Shown here piece by piece: positions 41,386 to 54,530 of a DNA stretch of 64,000 bases. Below the pieces are notes generated by a model. It was given only the letters and a program-made list of their open reading frames with translations. It made no database searches and was not told the origin of the DNA. The DNA is from Mobula hypostoma (Eukaryota). The stretch lies in contig NC_086099.1 in assembly GCF_963921235.1 (NCBI RefSeq), positions 121,892,001 to 121,956,000 on the forward strand, in the 5' to 3' direction. A program made the translations under genes and the position numbers. Each line of letters opens with the position of its first letter. Within the stretch, counting starts at the first letter, position 1.

Positions 41386-41493
41386 TAGTTTCAAAATCTC
41401 AAGATGGAAGAAGCTATTTTAACTAATTTTATGAATTGATGCAGGAAAACACAAGGCCCACCCACACTAAACACTTTGCCATATTTATAAATA

Positions 41494-43332
41494 CAGTGGA
41501 TTTGGGACACATCGGAACAAATACTTTTTGGCCCAATTAAGCAGCTCCCCAACTAGCCAAAGTTTCTTGAAAAGTTAGAAGCGTATAAATCAGACAAACT
41601 ACTGTTTAACTGATTAACAAATTAGATAGATACTTTATTGATCCGAAAGGAAATTACAGTGTCACATAGCATTTCAAATGCACAGATATACATATATACA
41701 AATATTAGAAGAGAAGTAGAAAGAATAAAAAATAAGTTACCCCAAACAGTCTAACAGGAGGGGGTCATCACTTCCCTGGCTATAGGTTGACTTATTATGT
41801 AACCTAATGGCCAAGGGTAAGAATGACCTCATGTAGCGCTCTTTGGAGTAACACAGTTGTCTCAGTCTATTTGGAGTAGTGCAGTTGTCTCAGTTCAGCC
41901 AAGGTGAGAAATATTGTCCAGAACTGCCAGGATTTTCCATAGGGTCTTTTGTACTACCACAGCCTCCAGTGAGTCCAGTTCGACTTCCATAACAGAGCAA
42001 GCCTTTGTAATCAGTTTATTGAGCCTATTAGCATCACTCATGTTGATGCCATTGCCCCAACACACCACCACGTAGAATATTGTACTGGCGACAACAGGAG
42101 AGGCCTGCATACTCCAAAGCACCTCAGTCTCCTCAGGAAGTAGAGGCGACTCTGACCCTTCTTGTACATGGCCTCTGTGTTGGTGCTCACTCAAGTCTGT
42201 CATCCAGGTGCAACCCCAGGTACTTGTAGGTCCTCACCACATCCACATCCACATCCATTAATAGTAACAGGGAGCAGTGGAGGCTTAGTCTTCCTAAAGT
42301 CCATCACCATCTCCTGTGTCCTACTGATGTTGAGCTGCAGATGATTCAGATTGCACCATTTGACAAAGTCCTCCACGAGGGTCCTGTATCCTGTATTCAT
42401 CCTTCCATCCTCCCTTTATACACCCAACTATTGCTGAGTTATCAGAGAATTTCTGCAGATGACATGCTTCAGTGTTGTATCTGAAGTCCAAGGTATACAG
42501 AGTAAACAAGAAGGGAGCCAATACAGTCAGCTGTGGGGCCCAAATACTGCTTATAGCCATGTCTGACACACAGCTCTGAAGCTGCACAAACTGTGGTCTG
42601 CCAGTCAGGTAGTCCATTATCCAGGATACAGTGGAAGTGTTTGAATGAAATACAGAAGTACTATAAAACTGTGTATTAGTTCCAAATAGTTATCGAAGGA
42701 GGAATCCAGTGTATGTTGATGCGTTGTTTTGATGAATAAAATCAGTACAGGCATCTAGTGTAGATAATTGATAATGCTGTCGATGATTGCATCCTCCAAA
42801 CCTTCATTTTCATTGTAACATTCAAGATGATTGTTGCTACCTTCAAATTCTTTATAGTTCCTAACTTGTTAAAGTAATGGAATTGTTTCCTTTTCACTCC
42901 CGACTATTTCTAGCATCTCCCAGCCTGAATGCTTCAAATTGCAGTGAGCAAAACAGTTCTGAATTGTCTTACTGCTCATTTCTCGCCAACTAACAATGGC
43001 AAAAATGGCTGCATTTTTGAACACAAAACCACGCAAACTGCTGATAATTAAACCTGTTTGCCTGAGGCACAGTGTAGTGTGTCACAGCCATGCAGGCGCA
43101 CATAACTGACACGAGTTAGAAACTGTTTGGCAAGCCTCCTGCCACAATTAACTGGCCAAATGTCCCAAATAAAAGAGAATCCTGGCTATTTTCTCAATTA
43201 GTGTTTTTTCTTTAAGAGTTGTCCCAACTAAGCAGCTGCCCTGATTAGCCATGTTCCAATTAAGTTAAGCTTTTAGATTTAATTATCATTCAACCAGACA
43301 TGAATACAGCCAAACAAAGTTGAAATCCACTG
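41494..43332. mobile_element. Tc1/pogo (Tigger-like) non-autonomous element
   Basis: TA|CAGTGGATTT ... AAATCCACTG|TA termini. Confidence 0.65.
41625..42640 (-). mobile_element. Rex1/Babar-type LINE RT fragment nested in the pogo-like element
   Basis: ORF 42321-42617 reads DYLTGRPQFV..APQLTVLAPFLFTLYTLDF..LQKFSDNSAIVG. Confidence 0.8.
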
Positions 43333-43810
43333 TATTTAGAAAGGTTGGTGCACAGGAGGCAAGCAGGAAAGGTGATTTATTTACCATACTCACTATGCTC
43401 TGAGTAGTCTTCTGATCTCAAATCCTGTCAGATTGACACTAAGGCAAAACACAGTAAAGAGGATACAAAACAGATGAAGAAAGCTCCCACAGCAATCTCA
43501 TCATCCGATTATCACCGTGGAACCTATTCTGCACTACATTTCCATCAGGAACTCCCGCCATCAACCTTCACCAGGAATAAGTCACAGCACTTGTTTGCAC
43601 ACTGCACACAGAAACAGAGGCCGGATTAAACCCGGGCCATTCGAGGAGTGGGCTGGCTGCACAACTTGTAAAGCTAATGTGCCACTCCCACGACTGCTGA
43701 AATAGTTTTAAACAGAGCAGATGCTGAAGTCCAGAGCACCACACACACTCACACACACGAAATGCTGGAGAAACTCAGCAGGTCGGGCAGCATCTACGAA
43801 GAGGGAAAAA

Positions 43811-43848
43811 CAGTCGATGTTTCCGGCAGAGACCCTTCATCAGGACTG
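43811..43848 (-). ncRNA. Minimal hammerhead motif in a Penelope terminal repeat
   Basis: Minus strand reads CAGUC-CUGAUGA-AGGGUCUCUGCCG-GAAAC-AUC-GACUG. Helix I is perfect; helix II and the cleavage triplet are mutated. Confidence 0.5.
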
Positions 43849-44834
43849 GGAAGGAAGGGGACAGAAACCAGAATAAGAAGGTGGGGATTGAGGAGAAGGA
43901 CAAGCTGGCAGGTGGTAGGTGAGGGGGGAAGGTGGGAGGGTGGGGAAGGGGAATAATGGAAGGAGCTGCAAAGGTGATAGCTGGAAGAGGTAAAAGGCTG
44001 AAGAAGGAAGAATTAACAGAACATAGAACATTATATAGCACAGTACAGGCCCTTCAGCCCTCGATGTTGTACAAACATTTTAACCTCTCCGAAAATCAAT
44101 CTAACCTTCCCCTCCTACATAGCCCTCCACTTTTATATCATCCACATGTCTATCTATGCGTTTCTTAAATGTCCCTAAAGTATCTGCTTCTAACACACCC
44201 CTGGTAGAGCATTCCACACACCCACCACTCTCTGTGTAAAAACTGATATCTTCTCCCCCCCCCCCCCGCCCCGCCCCATACTTCCCCTCTTGTATTAGCC
44301 ATTTCCGCTCTGGGAAAAAGATGCTGATTGTCCACTCCATCTTTACCTCATCATTTCGTACACCTCTAACAAGTCACCTCTCATCCTCCTTTGTTCAAAG
44401 GAGAAAAGCCTTAGCTTGCTCAGCCTTTCCTTATAGGACATTCTTTGTATTCCAGGCTGTATTCTGGCACGAACATCAATTTCTCCTTCCAGTGAACAAA
44501 TTCCTCCCCCTCCACCACCTCACTTCTATTCCCCACTCTGACCTTTCACTTCTTCTCACCTGCCTATTAATCCCCCCTGGGTCCCCTCCTCCTTCCCTTT
44601 CTCCTACTGTCCACTCTCCTCTCCTATCAGTTTCTTTCTTCTCCAACCCTTGACCTTTCCCAACCACCTGGCATTATCTATCACCTTCCAGCTAGCTTCT
44701 TTCCCCTCCCCCACCTTTTTATCCTGGCATCTTTCCCCTTTCTTAGTCTTGATGAAGAATCTCGGCCCGAGCATTGGCTGTTCCCTCTTTTCCATAGATA
44801 CTGCCCGACCTGCTGAGTTCCTCCAGCATTTTGT

Positions 44835-45755
44835 AAGTATCCTGGTAAGTCTCCTCTGCACCTTCTCTAAAGCTTCCACATCCTTCTTATAATGAGGTGA
44901 CCACAACTGAACATAATACTCAAATGAGGTCTAACCAGAGTTGCAACATTATCTCATGGCTCTCGAATTCAATCCACCAAATGATGAAGCCCAGCACAAC
45001 ATACACCTCCTATCAACTTGCACGGCAACTTTGATGGATCTATGGACGTGGTCCCCAAGAACCCTCTGTTCCTCCATTCTGCTAAGAATCCTACCATTAA
45101 CCCTGTACTCTGCCTACAAAGTTGACCTTCCAAAGCAAATCACTTCATACTTTTCCATGTTGAATTCCATCTGCCACTTCTCATCCCAGCTCTGCATCCT
45201 GTCTATGTCCTGTTGTAACTTATGGCAATCTTCTACACTATCCATAACTCCACCAACATTCATTCGTCTGCAAACTTACTAAACCAAACCTCCCCTTTCT
45301 CATCTAAGTATTTTATTGAAATCACAAAGAGCAGGGGTTCCAGAACAGATCCCTGTGGAACACCACTGGTCACTGAACTCCAGGCAGAATTCTCTCCATC
45401 TAGAACCAGCCCCTGTCTTCAATGGGCAAACCAGTTCTGTATCCACACAGCCAACTTTCCCTGCAACCCATGCCTCCTGACTTTCTGAATGATCCTATCT
45501 TATCAAGTACCTAACCAGATGCATATCCGCTGTTCAACTTTAATCAATGGGCTTTATCACATCCTCAATTAACTCAATCAGGCTCATGAGGCACGAGCTA
45601 CCCGCCTCAAAGCTATGTTGACTATCCCTAACCAGACTAAATATTCATAAATACTATCTCTAAGAACCTTCTCCAATAATTTCCTACCACTGATAAAAGA
45701 CTCCAAACTCTATAATTTCCAGGATTATCCCTATGCCCTTTTCTTGAATAACGGA
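44835..45755 (-). mobile_element. CR1 LINE RT fragment
   Basis: Minus strand contains TSGVPQGSVL and WSPHYKKDVEALEKVQRR. Confidence 0.75.
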
Positions 45756-45924
45756 ACAGGAGAGAAGAGTGGACCATAGGAGAAAGGGAAGGAGGATGGG
45801 AAGCAGATGGAGGTGATGGGCAGGTGAGGAGAAGGGAAGGGAACCAGATGGAGAATGGAAAAAGAGAGACCGGCAGGGAGGGGGGAGAAATTACTGAACA
45901 TTGGAGAAATCAATGCCTTAGACC

Positions 45925-48900
45925 TTCAGTTTCGAGGCTACCTGCTGGCACTCCACACAGGCTGCTTTCCGATCACGCATGTCCTTCCTAAGGCCGTGCC
46001 AGACAAACTTTAGTGTAACCAGTTTCTGTGAGGCCTTCCAGGCCCGTTGCGAGAGATCATGTCGTCGAGAAGAGTCGGCATCCAGTTCGCAGGCACTATG
46101 GGGTGAGGGCAACTGGTTGAGAGAGCAACCCCAGCTTCCCTGATCTTAATGTCAGCCAGATGCAGGCCTATCACTGCTGTTCAGTAAGCCTGGACCTCTG
46201 GACCTCTGGATCAGTAACTTGGTCAGCTGCCATGCTGACATCATCAACCCCTATGTGTACGGCCTCAATGGCTGGCCGTGAGAGGCAATCAGCCACAGCA
46301 TTATTTTCTCCCTGTGATATGTTGTGTATCAGTTGTCAGCTCTGATATGTCGGCTAATTGGTGTTACTGCCATGCAGACCAAGGGTCTGGTAGTCCGGCC
46401 ATCGTGTGCATGAGGGGTTGTGGTCAACGAACACTGTGAAATAGTGATCCTCTAGAAGACAAAAATGGCACACAGCCAGATAGAGACTGAGAAGCTCACA
46501 GTCAAACATGCTGTACTTGCTCTTGAGGGGATGGAGCTGCTGGCTAATGAAGATGGGAGGCTGCCACACGCCTCCAACCAACTGTTCATGCACAGCACCC
46601 ACAGCATAGTCTGAAATGGCGAAGAGAGCTATCCGTAACAGAGGCTTCTTTTGATGGGAGAGGTTTCGCACTTTCTGCAGAGATGTGATGGTCGAGAAAG
46701 TCAATGGCTGACAATCCAGAATGGCATTTAGCAAGGTTAGTAATCAAACTGAGTTGGCTTAAACGCTCGAAAAGTGTGCGGAGATGAGGTACATGTTTGG
46801 ATTTGGACGCACTGGTGACAAGTATGTCATCCAGGTAAACAAAAAGAAAATCTAAATCTTTTAATACAGAGTCCATCAGTTGTTGGAAAGTCTGTGCTTC
46901 ATTTTTCAGCCCAAATGGCATGGTCAGAAACTCTAAGAGGCCAAACGGGGTTATCTCAGCCGATTTGGGAATGTCCTCTGAGCACACAGGCACCTGATGG
47001 TAGCCACAACTAGATCGACTTTGGAAAAAATTAACTTTCTGGCTAAGCATGCAAGAGAGTCTTGACCGTGTGGGACTGGGTAAGAATCAGGGGCGGTGGC
47101 CTCGCTAAGGCGACGGTAATCGCCACATGAGCGGCAACCATCATCAGACTTTGGGACCATATGGAGGGGTGAAGCCCAGGGATTTTCAACTGGTGTACAA
47201 TGCCAAGTCTTTCCATATTGACAAACTCAGCCTTCGCGGTCGCCAGCTTAACTGGGTCCAGAACAGATCCCTGTGGAACACCACTGGTCACTGAGCTCCA
47301 GGCAGAATTCTCTCCATCTAGAACCAGCCCCTGTCTTCAATGGGCAAGCCAGTTCTGTATCCATACAGCCAACTTTCCCTGCAACCCATGCCTTCTGACT
47401 TTCTGAATGATCCTATCTTATCAAGTACCTAATCAGATGCATATCCGCTGTTCAACTTTAATCAATGGGCTTTATCACATCCTCAATTAACTCAATCAGG
47501 CTCGTGAGGCACGAGCTACCCGCCTCAAAGCTATGTTGACTATCCCTAACCAGACTAAATATTCATAAATATTGTCTCTAAGAACCTTCTCCAATAATTT
47601 CCTACCACTGATAAAAGACTCCAAACTCTATAATTTCCAGGATTATCCCTATGCCCTTTTCTTGAACAACAGAACAGGAGAGGAGAGTGGACCATAGGAG
47701 AACCACATGCAGGCATGGACTGGCAGGCCAGTTGTGGGAATATGTTGCTTGATTCCATGTATTGTGTCTGTGGTGGAGAATGTGGGCTTGGTGAGGTTTG
47801 GGAATTCACCCAGCAATCGAGTAAACTCACATGTGGTGGTGCATGTGCTAGACAGAGTCATTGTGGGGAACTTACTGGGAGATCAGGGTAACCACCCAAA
47901 GTCCTTGACATCTACGAGCCAGCAGTTCTTAAGATCGACCAACAGTCCTTGTGCAGACAAGAAATCTGTACTGAGCAGAGGTCTAGCCACTTTAGCTAGG
48001 AGAAGTCCCATGTATAATATCACCCGCTGAAGCACAGGGTCACCCGTTGTGTCCCATAAGTCTGGATGCTGCTGCCGTTGGCAGCCTCCAGCGAGATTTT
48101 GTCACTCTTTGCCTTCTCATCGATTGGCGTTGCTGGCACACACAGGAAGCGTTGCCCTGAAAGGGTGCCGACAATGAACAGTGGGCGGCCCTGGCAGCTG
48201 GATCCCACGGTGTTCACAGACCTCTGATGTCCTGATGAGCTGGCACTGCTGAAGCTGCAAGGCGGAGGACGTTTAACGTTGCTACGAAAGCGAGTGTGGT
48301 AAAAGCACAGGCCCAGCACCACCTGTTTTGCAGCTGCGGGTGTCTTTATGTTGGGGGCCTTGCTGACTGGGCTTATTGAGGTAGAGAAAGGAGGAGGAAT
48401 GATGCACCGCTGCCCGGCTGAGTGCAGACAATCAGCCATTTAACAAGCTTCCTATAGACCTCCACAGGTGCATTAGCGAGTGAGCGAACTTGTTCAGGTA
48501 TTTGCTGCATGAAGAGTTCTCTAAAAATAAAACCAGGATGCTGATTTCCCAGGAGAGACAGCATGGGGTCCATATGCTCTGAAGGGCTACAGCATCACTG
48601 AGGCCGGGCAAGGAAAGCAACTGTTTTGGCACGCTCAGACTCTGGAAGTCCAGCTGTCTGTAAAAGGTGAGTTTTCAGCGATTGGTATTTATCATGTTCA
48701 GACGGGTGTTCAAGCAGACTCACCCCTCCCGCAGCCATGGAGTTTCTGAATGAAGCTACCACATAGTAGAACTTGGTGTCACCGGCAGTGATTTCTTGAA
48801 GTGTGAATTTGGCCTTGGCTGGTACAAGCTAAGTGACGGCATTTTGCTCCCAAATCTCTGGCAATTGCAAAGCAACTGCATTTGCTGACATGTTCAATAA

Positions 48901-49148
48901 CTCCGGGATCATCCCAGAGCATCAGGGTCACCAAAGTAGGCTTTCACAAATAAGACACCATTGAGGATCTTAAGTTTAAGAAAAACGGAACAACACATCT
49001 ATTGAAATCTAAAACCTGAACGCAAAAGCACGCTAAAAGTCCTTTTCGTAATTATGTCATCACGTCAAAGTAGCCTCTTAAAGTGAACCTGAACTCAATG
49101 TCGGTGGTTGTGAATTATGTACATTTCTACCAATTATATTACCCTACA
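45925..49148 (-). mobile_element. Decayed Gypsy/Ty3 LTR retrotransposon (5' LTR, PBS, gag, PR, RT, RNase H, start of IN)
   Basis: RT motif MPFGLKNEAQTFQ..FVYLDDILV; RNase H SDYAVGAVHEQ; IN zinc region VWHGLRKDMR..CVECQ. PBS TGGTGACCCTGA at 48922-48933 (minus strand). LTR ~48935-49148 starts TGTAGG. Confidence 0.88.
47257..47702 (+). repeat. Local ~445-bp duplicate of 45339-45784 inserted into Gypsy pol
   Basis: Near-identical sequence at offset ~1918, including the same CR1/Penelope junction. Confidence 0.9.
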
Positions 49149-49336
49149 GGTGAACCACAGCTCCAATGCCTTATTTAAGTTTGCTGCTGAGACCTCTGTT
49201 GTTTGTCGAATCAAAGATGGTGAAGTTTCGGCAAACGGGAGGGAGATTGAAAATCTGGCTGAGTGATGCTACATCAACAACCTGTCACTCAATGCAGAAA
49301 GACTAAGAAGATGATTGTTGATTGCAGAAGGAGGAA

Positions 49337-50770
49337 AGCAGGATTTCCCAGTGGCCAGCTATTTTAATTCCTATCCCCAGTCCCATTCTGACATGTTGGT
49401 CTATGACCTCCTCTTCTGCCATGATGAGGCCACACTCAGGTTGGAGGAGCAACACCTCACATTCTGCCTGATGGTATGAACATTGATTTCTCCTTCTGGT
49501 AATATTACTCCCTATCTTCTCTCTCTTCTTCAATTTCCCACACTGCCCCCTCTCCAAATATCTCTTCTTTTCTCCTCCCCTGCCTGTCCTCCTTCCCTTC
49601 CTCCCATGGTCCACTCTTCTCTCCTATCAGATTCCTTCTCTTGCCCTTTACCTCTTCCACCTATCACCTGCCAGCTTCTCACTTTATCCCCCCTACCTCT
49701 CACCCCGCTTTCCCCTCACCTGGTCTCACCTACTACCTGCCAGCTTCTCACTTCATCCCCCCTCCCTCTGACCCCCCTTCCCCCTCACCTGGTCTCACTT
49801 ATCACCTGCCAGCTTCTCACTTCATCCCCCTCTCCCCCACACACCCACCTTCCCCCTCACCCGGTCTCACCTATCACCTGCCAGCTTCTCTCTTTATCCC
49901 CCTCTCCCTCACACACACACACCTTCCCCCTCACCTGGTCTCACCTATCACCTGCCAGCTTCTCACTTCATCCCCCTGTCCCTCTGACCCACCTTCCCCT
50001 CACCTGGTTTCATCTACCAGCTTCTCACTTCATCCCCCTCTCCCCCACCTTCCCCCTCACCTGGTCTCACCTAACACCTGCCAGCTTCTCACTTCATCCC
50101 CCTCTCACCCACCTTCCCCCTCACCTGGTCTCACCTATCACCTACCAGTTTCTCACTTCATCCCCCCTCCCTCTGACCCCCCTTCCCCCTCACTTGGTCT
50201 CACTTATCACCTGCCAGCTTCTCACTTCATCCCCCTCTCCCCCACACACCCACCTTCCCCCTCACCCGGTCTCACCTATCACCTGCCAGCTTCTCTCTTT
50301 ATCCCCCTCTCCCTCACACACACACACCTTCCCCCTCACCTGGTCTCACCTATCACCTGCCAGCTTCTCACTTCATCCCCCTGTCCCTCTGACCCACCTT
50401 CCCCTCACTTGGTTTCATCTACCAGCTTCTCACTTCATCCCCCTCTCCCCCACCTTCCCCCTCACCTGGTCTCACCTAACACCTGCCAGCTTCTCACTTC
50501 ATCCCCCTCTCACCCACCTTCCCCCTCACCTGGTCTCACCTATCACCTACCAGTTTCTCACTTCATCCCCCTCTCCCTCTCACCCACCTTCCCCTTACCT
50601 GGTCTCACCTACCACCTGCCAGCTTGTACCGCTTCTCCCCCTACACCTTCTTAATCTGTCTTCTTTCTCCTTTCTTTCCGGTCCTGGTGTGGAGTCTCGG
50701 CCGGAAATGTCAACTGTTTAATCCCCTTGCCTGACCTGCTGAGTTCCGCCAGCATTTTGGAGGTGTTGCT
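49337..50770 (+). mobile_element. Penelope-like 3' fragment with an internally amplified terminal repeat
   Basis: GIY-YIG C-terminal remnant FPVASYFNSYPQSHSDM, homologous to 40490-41030. Confidence 0.75.
49660..50625 (+). repeat. Pyrimidine-rich minisatellite: 57-74 bp monomers in a 405-bp higher-order repeat
   Basis: Monomer CCCCTCACCTGGTCTCACCTATCACCTGCCAGCTTCTCACTTCATCCCC; distinctive variants recur at +405 (e.g. 49891 and 50296). Confidence 0.9.
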
Positions 50771-52644
50771 TGGGTTAGGGTTGGTGAGTTGTGGGCATGC
50801 CATGTTGGTGCCGTAGCATTGCGACGTTGACTGACTCCAGCACGCCCTGCGTCGGTCATTGACGCAAACAACGCATTTCACTGTATGTTTTAATGTAGAT
50901 ATGACAAACAGAGCTCATCTTTTGCAACACACACAATATGCTGGAGGAACTCAGCAGGTCAGGCAGCACCCATAGAGGTGAATAAACTGTCAACATTTCA
51001 GGCCGAGATCCTTCATCAAGCTCAGCTTTTCTTTCATCAGAACTAGGAAGGAGATAGACAAAGGTTGTAAATCTCCTGGGAGAGCCGAGGTGGAGGTGTT
51101 TTTCATTTGATCAAGCCAGGGTGACCACAGGCATCAGCTGTAACCAGGTTATCAGGACAGTGAGGGAATGACAGACTCAGGTGTGGAACTCCGTGACAAC
51201 CACGGCTAACTCTTTTAGTACTCCTGGAAACAGACTACAAGTCTCGGGACATTTATTGGCTAGTGCATCCTCAACACATTCTTTTTAAACAAGCACTAAT
51301 TTCCTTCAATTTGTCCTTTTTTTAGTTTTTTAGGAAGTTACTTTTGTATCTGTTTCCATGAAGGAGGAACCAGAATATGTGTTTAATTGAACGCAATCCA
51401 CACACAAAACACTGGAGGAACTCAGCAGGTCCGGCAGCCTCTGTTAAAGTGAACAACAAGTCGATGTTTCGGACCAAGACCCTTCAGGTCTTTAATCTGC
51501 CATTTATTTGCGTTTCCATTTTTTGCCAGTAGGGGACCTACCAAATTATTTTCCTTTTTTTCTCATTTACATTCTTGATTTAACTCAAGATTCAAGACCG
51601 TTTATGTCATTTCCTGCACACAAGTGTAAACGAGGATGAAATAATTGTTACCCCGGATCTGATGTGGCACAAAAAAAACACAGTAAGATAAAGAACACAA
51701 TGTTAAAATATTAAATATAATTACTTAAGATAGATTATATACATAGATTGATAGTCTATTCATAAAATGACGTTAGACACAGGGGTGTCTGTACATAAGG
51801 TGACTCTGACAGGAAATATATAGATTTTTCCCAGGGTTGAAATGTCTAATACCAGAGGGTATGCATTTAAGGTGAGAGAGGGTAATTTCAAAGGAGATGT
51901 GAGGGGTAAGGCTCTGACACAGAGTGGTGAGTGCCTGTAATGCATTGCCTGGGTGATGGCAGAGGCAGACACATTAGGGACTTCTAAGAGACATTTAGAT
52001 AGGCACATGAATGTGAGGAAAATGGAAGGATATGGACATTGTTAGGCAAAAGAGATGAGTTTAGTTAGCTATTTAATTATTAATTGAATGGGTTAGGATC
52101 AGCAATGCAGGCCAAAGGGCCTGTTCCTGTGCTGCAGCATTTGATTTCCTATGAAATGGTGAAGTTATGGTGGTTAGGGGTGTGGAGGGGTGAGTTAGTG
52201 GGTGGAGGTGGTGATCAACCTTTTTAAGGCATCCGTTAGTCTTGCGAGACCATGGATCTGCGCCTGGAAAGTCTTCACTCTCTAGGCCAAGGTTTGTATG
52301 GAAGACCGGCAGTTGCCCATGCTGCAAGTCTCCCCTCTCCACACCACTGATGTTGTCCAAGGGAAGGGCAAGGGTCGATACAGCTTGGCACCAGTGTCGT
52401 CGCAGAGCACTGTGTGGTGAAGTGCCTTGCTCATGACCTTCAGGTTGCTAGCCGGATGTCTTAACCACTCAGCCACATGCCCACAACCTTACTGCTTGGG
52501 GAAAGGGACTGTTTCTGAGTCTGATGGTGATGATGTTTGGGTGAATGCACTTTCAGGGACCTAACTCTAAATCATTGCTGGTGGTTTTGCTCTAACAGAA
52601 TCAGAATCAGGTTTCTTATCACCAATCAGAGGCCAGTATCTCCT

Positions 52645-53145
52645 ATACCTAATAAAGTGCCCACTGGATAAATGCTCGTGGTCTTCTGCTGCTGTTGCCC
52701 ATCCATTTCAAGGTTTAATGTGTTGTGCATTCACAAATGATCTTCCACACACCACTGTAACATGGTTGTTTAAGTTACCGTCACCTTCCTCTCAGCTTGA
52801 ACCAATCTGGCCATTCTCCCCAATACTCTCTCATTAACAAAGCGTTTTCATCCACAGAACTACAAACTCACTGGATGTTTTTGAGTTTCTTGCACCATTC
52901 TCTGTAAACTCTCGAGAACGTTGAGTGTGAAAATCCCAGGAGGTCATCAGTTTCTGAGATATTCAAACCACCCCATCTGGCACCAACAATCATTCCACAG
53001 TCAAAGCCACCTAGATCTCATTTCTTACCCATTTTGATGTGTGAACTGAACCTCCTGACCATGCCCGCATACTTTTATGTATTGAGCTACTGCCACATGA
53101 TTGGCTGATTAGATATTGGCATTAACAAGCAAGTGTACAGGTGTC
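52645..53145 (-). mobile_element. Non-autonomous Tc1/mariner element, same family, reverse orientation
   Basis: Reverse complement of the 1819-2370 element. Confidence 0.7.
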
Positions 53146-53777
53146 ATATAACTTGTCGTTTTGTAGCAGCAATACACTCACTGCAAAGACTTAAAACATA
53201 CTCCGAGATACAGAATAAATAAATAGTGCAAAATAAAAGGGGAATGTTGAGGTAGTGTTCATGGACTGTTAAAAAAATCTGTTGGCAGAGAGGAAGAAGT
53301 TGTTCCTGAATCTTTGAATGTGGGTCTTCAGGCTCCTGTACCTCCTCTCCAAAGGTAGTAATGAGAAGAGGGAATGCCTTGGATGGTGAGGGTCCTTAAT
53401 GATGGATGCTGCCTTCTTGAGACATCACCTCTTGAAGATACCTTTGATGGTGGAGAGTCTAGTGGTTCTGAGGGGTCTGGCAGGGGAACCATATTCAGTG
53501 GAGAGCTGTGGGGTTCCCTGGAGACCCATGGATGATAGAAAAATGGAGGACAATGTGTGAGGGAAAGGTTAGATTGATCTTAGAGTAGGGGATAAAGTTG
53601 GCTCAACATCATGGGCCTGTACAGACTGTTTTATGTTTTTACACTCTATAACTTCATAAGAGATATGTACAGAATATAAACACAAGTATGAAGTTGATAC
53701 TCCGGCTGATGAAGGCAAGTATCCCCAATGATTTCTTCACCGCCTGTATCTATCTCTGCTGGCCCCTGAACGTGTCC

Positions 53778-53899
53778 GGTGATGTCCTTTGGCACTCCGC
53801 AAGGTCCTGGGTCACCCTGGGGGTGATGTCTGTCGGCACTGCGCTGGGATGCTGGTCACCCTGGGGGTGATGTCCCACAGCACTCCGCTGGAACCCTGG
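53778..53899 (+). repeat. 44-bp tandem repeat, ~2.8 copies
   Basis: GGTGATGTC at 53778, 53822 and 53866. Confidence 0.8.
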
Positions 53900-54019
53900 A
53901 CTCTGAAGACCACCTCAGATCCAGGGGCAGGTCCCCGGGGGATGGGGAATATCCTGTGGATCTCCTCAGCAGTTTGCTGGGACCCCGAGACAGCCAGGGG
54001 ATTCTGGTGCCAGAAGGTC

Positions 54020-54530
54020 CCTGTTGCTCCGCGCTCCCCGGCTCGGTTTCGCCGAGGGCCGGCCGGTCCGGTTGCTAAGGGCGGCCCTGTTGCCGGGGCC
54101 CCGCTCCTATTATGGGCTGTCGGGCAGCGGTGGCGGGGCCGCGCGGGGGCGCAGCGAGCCGGGGCTGAGCGTCCGAGGCGGAAGCGGCTCGAAGCGGAGT
54201 GGAGCGGCGCCGGCGCCGGCGACAGAGCGAGAAGGAGCCGGGGACAGAGCCGACGCAGGCCTCGTCCTCGCCGCCCGGTGAGTAAGTGAGCGACGACAGC
54301 GGGGAGGGCGCTGCGGGCACGGTTACTGCCGGGGCCCGGGCTCAAGGCCCTGGCGTTTGGAGCTAGCGAGAGAGAGAGAGACCGAGGCGGGAGCGGTGGG
54401 CCGTACCTGGGCTGGAGGCGAGAGAGGCTGAGACGGGAAGGCCCTGCCCTGCCCGGTCCGGTCCCGGATTGGGGTGGTCGGGGTGAGGCGGTGGAGGGAG
54501 TGAGGGTCCCGGGGTTGAAGGAGACGGTGG
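54020..54530 (+). promoter_or_regulatory. Second CpG island: promoter and non-coding first exon (donor at 54277/54278) of an unidentified downstream gene
   Basis: Very GC- and CpG-rich. CArG box CCTATTATGG at 54106-54115. Donor CCG|GTGAGT. No ATG lies between the CArG box and the donor. Confidence 0.8.

Noticed and set aside
47043-47291. Apparent LINE-Gypsy fusion protein (TSGVPQGSVL-DPVKLA...)
   Set aside because: It is an accidental in-frame junction made by the local duplication, and both parents are decayed.
49483-50721. 412-aa and 337-aa Pro/Ser/Leu/His-rich ORFs
   Set aside because: They are by-products of a pyrimidine-rich minisatellite that lacks stop codons, and they lie inside a Penelope remnant.
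53789-54345. 166-aa (+) and 177-aa (-) Arg/Gly/Ala/Pro-rich ORFs
   Set aside because: These are typical stop-poor frames of a CpG island with no recognisable domain.
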